Assembly: GCA_025594325.1 (NCBI GenBank)
Contig: JANHCV010000014.1
Coordinates: 248,001 to 312,000, forward strand
DNA: 64,000 nt
Direction: 5' to 3'
Source: Blastocladiella emersonii ATCC 22665
Taxonomy: Eukaryota > Fungi > Blastocladiomycota
Under the pieces are notes generated by a model. The model was not told the DNA's origin, did no database searches, and saw only the letters and a list, made by a program, of their open reading frames with translations. This document shows positions 11,978-24,514 of the stretch, one piece after another (within the stretch, counting starts at the first letter, position 1; each line of letters starts with the position of its first letter). Position numbers and translations under genes: made by a program.

Positions 11978-12791
11978 TGCAGCATCGGGCGGGGAGGAAG
12001 AGCCCGCTTCGGTCGTGACTCGGCTTGACGATTCGGTGACCCAGAGCGCGGAGCACGCCGGGTCACCCGAGTGGCGCAACACGAGCCTCGCCACCTGCCT
12101 CGCCACCGACGTCTGCGGTCGGCGGGTACACAAGGGCCATGAAGCGTCTCGATTCACTCTATTCTCTTCTCGCGGCGTTGAGCTACTTTCAACCGAGAGA
12201 GCTCGATTTCGCGCCAAACCCGTACTTGAGCCGATGTAAGAATCCGTCTCCCTTCAGAACGGTTATCCGCAAGCGAACCTCAGTCCACTTGAGCACCCTT
12301 GTCCGCATGCGCCTGGCCTTCTTACGCGCATCCGCCGTATCCGCACAACCTTGCCTTCCTCGCCGCGCGGGCCAGTAGCTATGGGTGCGCACTCTACGAG
12401 ACCCAGGAACTGAAGAGTTCTGTCAAGACAAGCGTGTTAGGCGAGCTCGGCAAGCGCTGCACCTTTCAAGCCAAGCGGTACGCCCGGCCAAGGGAACGTG
12501 GCGACGGTGACGCTACAGATCTCGGTCGTTGTCTTACCACCTGCGAGCATACAAGAACCGAAGCTAAACTTTGCAAGCGAGACCACAATGTGAAGATTGT
12601 GGGCCCGGACCGTCGAGGCCCGCGTGCGAGGGCACGCGTAGGGGCCGGTACCGCTGTGTATCGCGCAGGTGCCTGCTACGGGCGGGAGTACGCTGAGCAT
12701 CTGAAACGTAGGCATGAGAGCATGCATGCAGCGCGAGGAGAAGGGTCCGCCGTACTGCCTGGGACAGCTTGAATCGCGGGCAGCCACGCGG

Positions 12792-13357
12792 TCAAAATGC
12801 CTGTGACTCGGCCGCGCGAAGCCGTGAGTGCGCACGCGAGCGCAAACGGCAATCCCTGTGCACGATACCCTGTCCAGACTTGACCAGTCGGAAGCACCTC
12901 AGTACACGACTCGAGCCAGGGCGGACGGCGGGAGCGCAGGTAGGTGGGCGCCGCGGAAGTCGTGTACCGTCGCGATGAAGCGCCTGGTCCTTGGCCCACG
13001 CGTGCAGCAAGGACCACGGGCGCCGGTTGCCCACGTCGCTGAGGCCGAGTCGGCAAGCGGCAGCAAGGAATGCGGGGCTCATTTGGAGGCTAGGCGTTGG
13101 AGATCGGCAGTCGCGACAAACACTGCAAGAGTGCCCACGTTTTCAGCCGCGGACGGGCGCGACGGCAAAGAGCACGTCGCAGCCGGTTCCGCGAAAGCCA
13201 AAGGTCGTCTCAAAGGCCGGCGGAGCGTGTACGCGCCATGGCGTGCCGGCGAGGATCGTTCGACACGTCGCACGAAGCGCGAGCTGGTCCGCGTTCAACA
13301 ACCCCCACGACATGATTGCCTCGAGCATAGCTTCGGAAACATTTAGCAGATCCAGGC
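12792..13357 (-). pseudogene. F-box-like family A 5' fragment
   Basis: IMSWGLLNADQLALRATCRTILAGTPWRVHAPPAFE and LSDVGNRRPWSLL closely match the 9550-9930 region. It is frameshifted and has no 3' part. Confidence 0.65.
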
Positions 13358-14188
13358 TAGTTGCATGAGGTGGCATCGCGAGAAAGCTGCATGTATTGGC
13401 GCTCGGGAGTGAAGTCGGCCGGTCGACACGCGCCTTCGCCGTGCGCGTCAAGGATAACAGGCGCGACACTCGACCTGCGACGTCGTCGAGTGAAGCGGCA
13501 TGGGCCCTTGCACGTTCTCAGCGTCGTGTTATTGCTCGAGTGGATGAGGGAGGACGAGAGCTGCGTCGTCGTCGTCACGGCGAAGGTTCATTGCCGCGAG
13601 CGCACGGCGCGATCACCACGGGCATCGCGCACTTCGTGCATCGTGAGGGGCCAAAGTAGCAACGTAGGTAGCATGAGGGTCCTCGGGATTCCCCGCGCGC
13701 CGGACCTTGTGGCGGCGAGGGGTCTTTGCATCTTCAGAGAAGTCGACCAGCCCACATTCGTCACGGGACAAGAAAAACATTATTTGTGTGGGTCCCGAAG
13801 GTACCCTTACAAGTAAGATTTCCGCTACTGATTTGGATACCGGAACAGCCAGGGAGAGCGAGGGCCCGCAGCGTTTTTATACCGCGACGGCAGGCGCGGC
13901 GAAGGCCGTCCGCGCAGGGTGAGACAAGTGCGCGGACGTCAGGTGACCCGCGAGACATCACATGATATCCCGACGCGTCGATCCGGGCTTGCTCGACCCG
14001 CGGGCACCCGAAGTGAGAGCTTACGGTTAGGCGTATAAATGGCTTCAGTGGGTAGATATGCTCTCGTGCTAGACGTGGGGCTATTAGGAGCGAATTTTGA
14101 CGGCACCTCGCGTGAGACACTCGCGCGCGTTCTTTGGCCATCAAAGCCGAATGTGCAATTTTGAACGTATATTATGCTTCAGTCGGAG

Positions 14189-16186
14189 TTACAGGTCATC
14201 CACGTCCATGTCATCAACGTTGACGTCAACGTTGTGCTGCTGCTGCACGGCCACGTACTGCTGCTGCAGCTCGGCCACGTACTGCTGAAGCAAGACTGGG
14301 TCGATACTTTCCGCCGGATAGCAGTACCGGACCCCGGAATCCCGACCCCCGAGCTCTTGAAGCCATGATTCGACCTGGGCGACCATCGGTTGGGTGAGAG
14401 CTCCACGTTTGTGTGCACAAATGAAAAACTGGGTGAGAGCCTGGACATGGTCGCGGTTGAAGTCCATGCTTTTAAGCTGGTTGAGAAACGCGGCCGAGAT
14501 GTTCCACGGGCGCCCGTGGAGGGTTGCAAGACACCCAAGATCCATTGCACGACCGAAAGTTCCGCAGAGCGCAAACAGGAGGTAGCTGAGCTGGAGCCCA
14601 AGCCCGTTCACGCCCAGCGGGGATGCATCGAGCGGCTCGTTTGTGCCAGGTGCGGGCGCGCCGGGATATTGAATGTCGATGAGAGCAGGAAGACCGTTCG
14701 GCCATTGCAGGTGAGTCGTGATATAGGCGGCCCAATGGTCCGCAACCAGCTTGCGCTTGGCCGGAAAACTGCGAAGCGTGGCATGGTACTCGGCCATGAC
14801 CCGCGAGTATACCGCCGCCCATTCGCCGTCGGAGAATGACTCGGAGCGAAGCACCCATAAATTGGTCGGCAGGCTTGCCAGCGGAGCGTGGTCGAGATGA
14901 ACAATGAGCGGGACGTGGTTGGCCACGGCGGCAAGTGGGAGAGAACTCGCATGGTCGATACTGGCGCCGAACGGAAGCCGGCGTGCACTTCGGAAACCGT
15001 TCAAGAGTCCACGTTCGGCAGCGCTGCGAAAAATGATCCCGTTGGGCGCCCACCAGCGCACCTGTTCGAAAAGCAGTGGGAATGCGGCCGGCGAAGAGGG
15101 CACAGGCAAAAAGCCGTTGCAATCGGACCAGAGATCAACATACAGGTCTCCACCCTTGGTGCACGCGAGGACGACCGGAAGAAGGGCATCGAGCTTGGCG
15201 AGTGCTGTCACGCGGTCCGTTTGAGGAAGGAGCGACTCGATGCGTGCGCGAACCGGCTCGATGCCGTTGACGAGGTCGATCTGCACTTTGTGTGCGGCAG
15301 AGCGACAACCGGGTCCAGAAGCACGCGCGAGAATTACCAAGTCGATGAGAAGTCGGGCGTGCGCGGCGGTGACCGGAAGCTTAAGCGGGGACTTTTCGAA
15401 CACGGCCAAAATGAGATGGCGAAAGAGGTCGATCGCGCGCGCGCCGCACGCGAGCGGAAGTTCCCGGGGTACATCGAGCAAGATTTGCAGAACGACCTCG
15501 ACTGGCTGTCGGACGAGACATGCGATGACCTGGTCCTCGAAAAAGCGCATCGACTGGAAAAATATGGCGCGCAGCAGCACAGCAGCATCCCCGAGCGGAG
15601 CCGTGGTCATGCTGGCAAGCGCCGACGTGATGCGCGGGATCGGGATTTTGCCAAACGGTCCGATGCAGATGTCGTAGAAGAGCTTGCCGGTGCGGTCCTT
15701 GAGTCGTAGGAGGAATGCGAGCGCTCCAGCGGCGTTCGACTCGACGGCCACGTTGTACATCTTAGCGTACATGGTCGGGTCGGTTGGAAAGTTGTTGACG
15801 GTCCAAGTGTAGAGAATCGACCACGGCACTTCGTCGCCCACGTTGCAGCGGACCAACCCGAAAGCGAGTTCGTGAAGCATCTGCTCGAGGTTGATCTTAT
15901 GGCCCGACGCGTCACGCACCGCCTTCTCGCGCGCGTCAACGTAGGGCGGGGCAATGGAGAGAAAACGCTCGGGATCGCGAGCTGCCAGAGCGAAGAGCAA
16001 GGGCCACCACGGCCGGCCGCGCCACAAGTCCGAAGCTAGGACTGAGCGGCAGGTCGCGCGAAGGGCCGCGGCGTCGCGCAGCGTGAGTCGCGCCGCGACT
16101 TGCAACTGCAGCTCGGCTGCCAGCGAGAGCATGTCGGCCGCCGGACGAGAGGTCGATTGCATCAAGTCATTCATTTGCTTAGCCAT
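14189..16186 (-). CDS. F-box-like protein family A, intact single-exon 665 aa
   Basis: Long ORF with MLSLAAELQLQVAARLTLRDAAALRATCRSVLASDLW (degenerate F-box pattern), followed by a Leu/Ala-rich, likely helical region and an acidic/Gln tail; paralogous to 7830-9930. Confidence 0.65.
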   Translation of the reverse strand: MAKQMNDLMQSTSRPAADMLSLAAELQLQVAARLTLRDAAALRATCRSVLASDLWRGRPWWPLLFALAARDPERFLSIAPPYVDAREKAVRDASGHKINLEQMLHELAFGLVRCNVGDEVPWSILYTWTVNNFPTDPTMYAKMYNVAVESNAAGALAFLLRLKDRTGKLFYDICIGPFGKIPIPRITSALASMTTAPLGDAAVLLRAIFFQSMRFFEDQVIACLVRQPVEVVLQILLDVPRELPLACGARAIDLFRHLILAVFEKSPLKLPVTAAHARLLIDLVILARASGPGCRSAAHKVQIDLVNGIEPVRARIESLLPQTDRVTALAKLDALLPVVLACTKGGDLYVDLWSDCNGFLPVPSSPAAFPLLFEQVRWWAPNGIIFRSAAERGLLNGFRSARRLPFGASIDHASSLPLAAVANHVPLIVHLDHAPLASLPTNLWVLRSESFSDGEWAAVYSRVMAEYHATLRSFPAKRKLVADHWAAYITTHLQWPNGLPALIDIQYPGAPAPGTNEPLDASPLGVNGLGLQLSYLLFALCGTFGRAMDLGCLATLHGRPWNISAAFLNQLKSMDFNRDHVQALTQFFICAHKRGALTQPMVAQVESWLQELGGRDSGVRYCYPAESIDPVLLQQYVAELQQQYVAVQQQHNVDVNVDDMDVDDL

Positions 16187-16463
16187 GGGTGTTGCGAGTA
16201 CAGAGAGCGAGCAGGAGTGGTGACCGGAGTGACGCGTTCATCCGAGACGCGTCGCGCGGCGGTGGCGCGAGTCTTCCTCCACTGATCCCGAGCGAGACGG
16301 CGGTCATCGACGCCAACAAATTTTCTGCTCTGCCGTGAATAACGCGCGACAGCGCGTTCAGGTTTATTAACGATAATACATAGTGTTCCACGACAGGAAG
16401 GACACGGACTATTGACACACAAAGCTCGGAGCGCGAGGTTCCTGAGAACACGCCGCGCTTCCC

Positions 16464-17345
16464 TTACTGCAGATTCATCGAGGCCACGAGCGCGTCGGCA
16501 GCGCGAAACAGTCCATCGCGTGCGGCATGAGCAAGAGCCGGCCGCTCAAGCATTCCCGCGAGCTCGAGCAGGTTGGTCCACTCGGCCATGGTCCAATCCT
16601 TGACGCCCTCGGCGGCGTCGCACGCGGGCGGCTGGCCGGGGACCCAGCCGCAGTACAAGTGAACCAGGGCTGCCGTGAAGGCACGAGGGCGCCACGCGGT
16701 GAGGGCGAGCGGATCCGAGTCGGTACCCGACCCCGCTTCGGCCCATGAGCCGTCGCCGCGCAGCATAGACGCGAAAAAGGACGAAGCCGAGGCGAGGACC
16801 GCACGCGAGGCGTAGACCTTGGAATCGGAGCCGAGCGAGGGCAAGAAGACGACGTCGCATAGCGAAGGGTTGTTTATGGTCGCCGCGAGCGGGTGGGCCT
16901 GGCATACTAGCGGTGTATGCGGTTCCTGCTCGGCGGTACGAATCATTGGGCGGAACATAGTATTAAGCTCCGCCTCGGTTACCGGAACGGTGTCATTGGC
17001 GAATCGGACAAGCAGGACTGAGGAGAGGCCCGAGGGCCAACGGGAAAGCGACGTGGACGTGGCAACGGCGTGCGCGGCACCGTGCTCGGCGACTATCGGG
17101 ATGACGAGAGCTTCGATGTTGTGATACAACATTTCCTTCGCGACGGGGGATTGCTTTGCCGCGCCGGCAAACGCTAGGATGGATGTACGGGCCATGCGGG
17201 GTCCCGACCCGGCGCCACCATCGCCCATGATGATGTGCACGGCGACGGTAATAGGTCTCCCGTTCCAATATTCGTCGGGCACAAGGAGCACAATGCGAAA
17301 GAGGCAGCCAGGAGCACCAGGACGGGAGCGAGCGGGGTCAGACAC
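16464..17345 (-). CDS. BTB/POZ-domain protein (true start uncertain)
   Basis: INNPSLCDVVFL..KVYASRAVLASASSFFASMLRGDGSWAE..AFTAALVHLYCG..LLELAGML is a typical BTB fold pattern. Confidence 0.75.
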   Translation of the reverse strand: MSDPARSRPGAPGCLFRIVLLVPDEYWNGRPITVAVHIIMGDGGAGSGPRMARTSILAFAGAAKQSPVAKEMLYHNIEALVIPIVAEHGAAHAVATSTSLSRWPSGLSSVLLVRFANDTVPVTEAELNTMFRPMIRTAEQEPHTPLVCQAHPLAATINNPSLCDVVFLPSLGSDSKVYASRAVLASASSFFASMLRGDGSWAEAGSGTDSDPLALTAWRPRAFTAALVHLYCGWVPGQPPACDAAEGVKDWTMAEWTNLLELAGMLERPALAHAARDGLFRAADALVASMNLQ

Positions 17346-17742
17346 GACTGATATGACAAGTGGCCTTCGAAAGTGAAGCGAGCAACTTCATCAACATCAT
17401 CGCGCGTCCAATCAGGTCCGTCGACCTTGACCTGAATGCGGGCAGGTCGGCATCAGTGGTGTCCGCGGTAACTGGAGCCAGTGCGTCGCGGTCACGGCAC
17501 GCACAGGAAAGAACCGCTGGGTGAGCGGGACGCCAGTCGTGGGATCCGAGTGCGTCGACAAGTTCATTGCATAAGGTTTCCAGCGGCAACAAGATCCATG
17601 GGGAGCGGAGTGAGGAGAGGGCGAGAGAGCGCGGCCGCCGCGCGCTTTACACATCGCGTTGCGCCTCGCCGAGGAGTCATGTTCGAGCTGGCTGCGGAGA
17701 CCGTTCCTTCTCCCCAACGCCGATGCAACTCTGAGCAACGCC

Positions 17743-20353
17743 ATGGATCTGGACAGCCTAACTTCTTGCAATTATCGAATTGCCATGCAATCTGTCTCCT
17801 TGGGGCTCTCAGACCTGCCCGCCGAGGTTGTTGCTCAACTGCTGCAGCTCGCCGTTCCACGCACCGTGGTCCCGGCCGCGACGCGCGGCTTCTCCGAGAT
17901 CGCCTCCTTGCGGTCTACGCAGTGGGTGTGGCGCTGCACCGTGCTGTTCGAGCCTGACTTGTGCGGCTGGGAACGCACAGACGGGTTCTTTGGCAACGTG
18001 TCGCTCAACGACCCGATGCCGCTCACGCCGTACTTGAGGCACCTTGCTCGCACCGAGGCGGACGATGCTTTCGCTCGTGACGATGACCAGTTTCGCTGGC
18101 TGCCGTGCCCCGACGTATTCGATCGCCAAACGCTCGTCCGCCTTCTTGCTCGGGTCGCGCCACGGCTCCCCGAAGACCTGACCATCGACGACATCAACCA
18201 GTGGGGACTACTTCATCTCCCAGAATTCGACGGTACCGTCTCACTCATCGCGCCCGTGAGCAACTTTTTCCTGGTCCAGCAACTCGCGCTCTACTTTGCT
18301 GCGGTTGGCGACGTCGACGGGCTCGCGATCACTCTCGACGAGTTTGCCGACGACCGAATCATGCAGCAAGCCATGAAGTTGCGTGACTGGGCCTTCTTGG
18401 ATCTCGACTGGCGCGGTCCGGTCACCCACGCGTGCTTTGAGCATACTAGTGTGCAGCTTGACGTGCCGGCTCAATACCTCCACTTGCTCAACGTTGAAAT
18501 TCCAGAAAACCCCAAGATCACCTTCCAGCACTATCTCTTTCTTGCGTGCGTCAAGTGGTGGCGCCCCGAGATGCTCCATGTTTTGGAGAATCGGCTCGCC
18601 GCCGACAACTCTGAACTGGTCAGCTTTCGTCATCTCTTCTTCCGGCAGCACTACGTCAAGATTGTTCTAGCGGCTTACCACTCGACCATTTCGACTCCGA
18701 CCCTCGCTTCCACTCTCGAGTGGGTATTTGGCGATGGCAGCGGCCTCCTTGAAGACGGCAATCGTCAAAGCGCGGTCGCGTATCTGCTCCGCGGCAGCAG
18801 CAGCAACACGGTGATTGTGGAGCTGCTCCGTGTGTTTCGGCAGGAAACCAACCGAACTCAACCCCCAAACGACCTTGTCCATGATGTGTTACGGGAGCGT
18901 GGTACCAGCTTGGCCCGAATTTTGGTGACTGGTATCATCAAGGATCACGAATGGGCTATCCTTGCCCTCGCGCGGCTCGGCCTGTTCGATCTCAAACATG
19001 CTCCATGGATTCTTGTTCTCCTGCTCGACACTCCGTGCTCGTCCGCTCCCAATTTCTTGGACTGCTTTGGCGAAAACGATGTGGACGTTCTCGCTGCCGG
19101 TGCGTCCCCGCTCACTCAACATGCGGTATACCCCGACTCATGCTCACGCTAACGCGCTTCTGCTCCCGACCATTGACATAGCCGTGCGGATTGCTGTCGG
19201 ATCAAACGTAAGCAAACGGTTCGAAATTGACACACTTGATTCAGCCAAGTTCTATCGGATGGACTCGCTGAGCAAGCGGACGGCACATATCGCCATGTGG
19301 TGCTTCGACCGGCTCGTTTGGCTCTCACTTGCTCGCTCGCTGGATCCTTGCCAGCATCTTGATCTGAGTCTTCTCGCGACGCTCGCCAAAGTGGGACTCC
19401 TCAACGACACGATTACGTTTGTCAACATTTATGTGGAACCGCTTTCGCTGCTCAAGACCTGCACTCCGCTGCTCTCAGAATGCGCAAACGAGACTTGAAC
19501 GCGGACCTTCGGACATCTTCTCGTTGCTATGCTTTGCGACAGCGAGACGTCAGGCGCGACCCTGGACTACCTCGCTCAGCAGCACCGATATTTGTTGAAG
19601 GATTCGCTCTGGTCCGGCACCGCGTTTGATCTACTTCTTCTTCCTTCAGCTCGCACTGCTTGCGGCCCCGAGTACCGGTCCGTGGACGCGTTTTTGGCGA
19701 GTCTATCGTGTCGCGTACGGACGCAGGACTCGCTTGCCGAGGCTCCAACCATGGAGATCACCAATCCAGGTCCCGATAGACCGCAGGCTGTTGCTCCTCG
19801 CAAACGCCCCACGGGTCCGTGCCGGCCACGGGCGAGTTTTCCCGACCCATCACTGAAGCCGTGGCAGTATGCGATCCAGCTTACTTTGACCACGACTCCC
19901 GAGCTTATAATGTTTGATTCCATCGGGAACAACGTGCGCGACACGGTCTTTTCGTCAAGTGCGCTCTTCATGGCCGACTTTCTCCGCCGCGGCGAGCTCG
20001 CAAGCGGCATCCGCAGGCCTGGATCCGATGTGGCCTGGATTATTGAGCAGCTGCACCGCGCAGCTCCCGCCGCCTGCATCAACAATGTTGTTCAGCTACG
20101 CATGACGAGCCCACGCCACGTCTGGCGCATGCTTCCGGCCGGTGCGCTCAGTGGAGTGCATTCGCCGACGTGGGTCCTTGCTGCTATAATAGTGGCCCTC
20201 GAGAACCCGCGTCTGACCGAAACGGCGCGGCGCGAGTCGCTGAACGCGATTCTGGTCGCGGCTGGCGATCTCGCGCAAACGGCCGAGTTCCGCGCCATGA
20301 TGCGCGCTGACTTTGAGCGGCGCGGGCTTCCCGTCCCTGATCTTGTGCAATGA
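17743..20353 (+). pseudogene. F-box-like protein family B copy 1 (intron 19100-19181; in-frame TGA 19496-19498)
   Basis: LSDLPAEVVAQLLQLAVPRTVVPAATRGF; WWRPE motif. Splicing GTGCGT..GCTAAC..TAG joins the frames; a single TGA then separates in-frame ORFs. The C-terminal KPWQYA motif is shared with 45122-47692. Confidence 0.65.
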
Positions 20354-20354
20354 T

Positions 20355-20500
20355 GATGAGCGCGTTATATGATTCCTCAATTGGTTCAAGCTCGCGCTCG
20401 AGGCCACAGCCTCGCGCGGCGAGCAAGGATTCGATTAGCGTTTGTTGAGCGTGAAAAACGCGACCCAACTGCTGTTTAGGGTGCCGCTAAGGAAGGGCCA
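20355..20500 (+). pseudogene. Relic of family A C-terminus
   Basis: Reads DDERVI*FLNWFKLALEATASRGEQGFD*RLL versus EGKRIIAFLNFFKLALEAAASRGEQGCGKRLL at about 7915-8010 on the minus strand. Confidence 0.75.
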
Positions 20501-20554
20501 CTGCTCAGCGCAGGTTCGGCGGAGAGCAGTCGCGGGGTAGCAAGGCGCGAAACA

Positions 20555-23500
20555 TGAGACGCGTCGAACAATCACGCCTGGCTCATGTGATGCCCGCTTC
20601 AGGTCACGGCGATCTGTCCACGTCCGCCAAGTGTCCGCCACCAGCAGGCGACCCCTCTCGCTCCCTCAGTCGATGCAAGCAAATGAATCCGAATCAAGTC
20701 AGTCCCAGTGTGAGCTCCGGCATTGAGTGTGCGGCCGTCCGCCGTACTTGAAGTGCTCGCCACCGCCCGCAGCTGGCCCACGCTCCCACGACGTCGTTCA
20801 CTCCCGCGCATCGGTGCTTTGAGGCTGCGGCTGTTGAGAACTCGTAACCCAAACCACTGTAACGCGCCCGCTATGCCGTCCTCGTCGCCGCGCATCCCGA
20901 CTCCTGCCGCCAGCGCGCGCAGCGAGGTGTACCGTGCCGTGCCGTCGCGCGTGTCGGGATGGTTGAGAGAGGCGTCAGCGGGGATCGGTGAAATGAGGAC
21001 CGCGATCCTGCCCGTGGTGCGCGGCGGTGACGCTTCTGCATCGAGTCTGGCGAGTATCCGCGCCAAGCAGTCACTGGCTCTCGGCAGCACGGGCAGCAGC
21101 AAAGGAGATTGTGATCACGGGCGAGAAACTCGGCCTCCCAGATCGCTTGTCGGTACGGCCAAGCTGTGCTTCCGCACCGCGGTCGAGGCGGACCCGGTGC
21201 TGCTCAAGCGGCAGAAGGTCCGCTCAGCTGGCCGCCGTGTGCGTCTTCCTCGGCTGCCGCAGACACGGCGTCACGCGCACCGTCCAGGTGACAGCGGGCG
21301 CGGCGGGTGTCGCCGAACACAGTACGCTTCCGTTCGCTCAACACGGTCCGGTCCGCGCCATGACTGGCTGACGCTGCTTGTGAACAGAACCGCAGCGCTC
21401 GGCCGTGGATGCGCTCGACCAGGTGAATCGACTCCTGGACACCGCCCGCGTGCATCGCGACACGGCGGACGTCAGTGCGCGGCTGTGCGATGCGCTGGGC
21501 CTGCCCGCGTCCTCGTGACCGAGGTGGCACGCAACGCGCGCGAGGTCGACGAGCTCGCGGCCCGCGTGCCGGCGACGATCCACGGCGCCGCCGCAATCTT
21601 CATCGCGCAGCTGGTCGGGTCGCCGCAGTCCGTCAAGGACGTGGCCAAGCAGGTCGGGATCGCCGAGTCCGCGATCAAGGTCCTGTATCGCCTCTTGCTG
21701 CTGCACCACGGTCGCATGCTGGACGCGGAGCGCGCCGCCGGGTTCGACGTTGCAGGGATGGCGGACCTGCCGGTGTGAGGGGGCCGCAACGCGATCGGAT
21801 GTACCCGAACAACATGTACCCGTTTGTGCGTGTCCTTCGCGGGACCTCGAGGAGAACGCGTCGCTCATGAGTCCATGGTTGAACGCGCGCTGCTTTCGAG
21901 TGCTCTCTACTCCTCGCTCCCATGTATCGCGTATCACCAGCACATTGCGGCGCAGCATCTTCATGCAACACAGCCAGGAGCGCGGGGCCGAGCTGGGCAT
22001 GAAGCGTACCGCGCGGCGCGTTCCTGTCGAAATGCGGCCGAATCGACCGTGGCCAGTCTTTCAACACGGCGCAACACTACTCCTCGCCAGCAGGTCGGTC
22101 CGACTCTACCACTTGCACGTTTGGTTGAATTCGGCACTGCGAGCTTCCAGGCTTGCGCATGGCCGTCGCTGTTACTTCTGCGCCGACCAGCACCTCTCGT
22201 GCCTCGTTGCCCATGAATGGCTCGTCTCTGCCACGACAAGGCCTCGACTCCGAGTCGTTGCCAACGGTGAGCGCGTCGCCAAAGCTGTACAGCAGCAAGT
22301 ACAGGACGGCCCCGTACCCACGACCGCCTGGCTCGCTACTGGCACCCCATCGTCGCACAATTAAGCCTGACCTGTACCGACACCCGAGTCTTAACCCGGA
22401 CCCGACCATGCACTTGTCTCGCGGCATGGCGCGACACCTCTTCGCACAGCTTGCTCGCGGCGTTGGTTAGGTCGAGTGGGTGGGGCTTCTTGTACTCGGG
22501 ATCATGGTCGGGTTCGCTTGGCGTGTGGGTCGAGGAGCTGTTGGATAGATTGGAACACGTCCGTTGCTCGCACACCTTGTTCGCGCCGCCTTGCTGTCCT
22601 CGCTGACGCGGTCGGAACAGTGCGTTGAGAGTCGGGCGAGAGTGAAGGTTTGAATCGAATCGAGAAGGAGCACACGACGCGAGAGAGCTGGAAGTCGTCC
22701 ATCCTGCAACGGCCACATTGCTCCCCTCAACTCGAAGCTGGACGCGATGCGCCACTCGCGTGACGCGGCGCGAGATTCCCTTTCTCTCGACCGACCACTT
22801 GCGTTCCGCCAGCCACACTCACAGGGCAAGTAAATAAGAGATCAAGTAGAAAGGCTCGAGCAGCGCTCGTCGTATATGTATATCACAATCACTCCCATTG
22901 TCACCCACTCTCACCACAACGCACACACTTAGTGGTAGACGCGCTCGTCGCGGTGGTGCTCGTCGCGGGGACCGACGCTGCGCTTCGTGGCGACGGGGGT
23001 GTCGGCGGTGACCTTCTGGTTGGCGAGGCGCTTGGTGAGGGTCGGGAGCGCGTCAGCGACGCCGAGGAACTCGGCCGAGTACTTGGCGAGGTACGTGTTG
23101 TCGACGTTGCCGCGGAGCCCGGGCGCGTTGATGGCGTAGAGGTTGACGTCCATGCCCGTGTGGCCGTGCGTGGTCCAGCCGGCCCAGGCGCGGCGCGACA
23201 CGGCCTCGGTCAGGGCGTTGTCGAGCGGGTACACGCCCGACGGCGCCTTCTTGGCGTTGGTGACGGCGCGCGCGGCGAGGATCGCGTCGAGCTCGGGCTT
23301 GGCCAGGTCCTTGATGCCGAGGTTCTTGGCGACGGCCTCGGTCACGAAGGCCTCGATGCCGGCGTCGGCCGCCTTGGCGATGATGGGCGAGAGCTTCTCG
23401 ACCGACATCTTGACGGCGAGGAGCGCCTCCGGGTGCCAGTTGTAGAAGGTGCCGGGGTCCTTGGACTGGTCGACCTGTGCGCCCTTGGTCAGGCCGCCCG

Positions 23501-24514
23501 TCTCGTGGTCCGAGACCGACAGCGCGCCCGTGGCCGGGTTGGCCTTGACGTACGACTTGACGAGGTGGACCGCGTCCTGGTACGCGAGGATGTCGTGCAT
23601 GTGCGTGGCGACGTCGTTGCTACGCGATGGAAGCGGCGGCGTGGAAGCGCGTCAGATTGCTGTTTTGCAGCGGTCGTTTGTCGCCTCCGGGCGCTAGTTT
23701 GTCGCTTCCGAGCAAACGTCGCGGACACGGCCGCAAAGGGTAATGAAATCGTACGAGTGCCCCGCGTGGTCGATTCGCGAGCCCTCCACCATGAGGAAGA
23801 AGCCGGGCGAGTCGCAGTCGGAGGTGGCCTCGGACAGCAGCGTGAGGGCGACGTTGGCCATCTCGGCGAGGCTGGGCTGGGCCGTCTTGTTGCGGTCAAT
23901 TTCGTAGTCCATGTGCGAGCCGGCCATGAGGGCGAGCAGCGGCACGTCCTTGCCCGTGACGTTGAGCAGGGCCGCGCGCGACTCGACGACCGTCCTGAAC
24001 CCAAACTTGTCGACGGCCTCCTTGCGCAGGTCGCGCTCGTCCTTGCGCGACGACCCCTTGTTCGATTTCGGGATAAAGTGGCGCGCGCCGCCGCCGATCA
24101 TCACGTCCACGGACCGGCCGAGCACGTTGTCGCCGATCTGCTGCGCGGCAATCTCGTTCTCCCAGTCGCGCTCGATGATGTGCGCCGACCAGCCGGCGGG
24201 CGTGGCGTGGGTGATGCGCGAGGTGGCGACGAGCCCCGTCTTGTAGCCCTTGAACTTGGCGGCCTCGAGGACGGTCGCGCACGGCTTCTGCTTGGGGTCG
24301 ACGCCGATGGCGGCGTTGTAGGTCTTGAGGCCGCACGCGAAGGCGGTGGCGGCCGAGGCCGAGTCGGTGACCCAGGCGTCCGACGACTTGGTGCGGGCCG
24401 AGCCGACGAGCAGCGTGTCGAGGGGCAGGATGCCGTCCACGTCGCCGAGCGCGTCGGCAATGGTGCCCGTCGACCCGTACTGGTAGAACTCGCGCGCCAT
24501 GGTCTCGGACGCGG
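20555..24514 (-). repeat. Inverted repeat 1, right arm (A')
   Basis: Reverse complement of 3523-7482 (coordinate sum 28037). Confidence 0.97.
20921..21778 (+). pseudogene. SUA7: TFIIB pseudogene, identical second copy
   Basis: Mirror of 6259-7116 within the IR1 arm; intron relic 21322-21387. Confidence 0.75.

Noticed and set aside
12400-12620. Possible MULE/FAR1-like DNA-binding relic (CTFQAKRY..CEHT)
   Set aside because: Only a vague Cys/His spacing; no DDE domain or terminal inverted repeats.
13390-13570. Possible fungal kinase (FunK1-like) relic (GRSTRAFAV..VLSV..W)
   Set aside because: Too short and degenerate; no catalytic motifs.
3523-24514. Fold-back chimeric read artefact as the sole explanation of the inverted repeats
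   Set aside because: The spacers are long and unique, and the identical cores are flanked by diverged homology and a scarred junction, which fold-back chimeras do not produce. Read-level confirmation is still needed.
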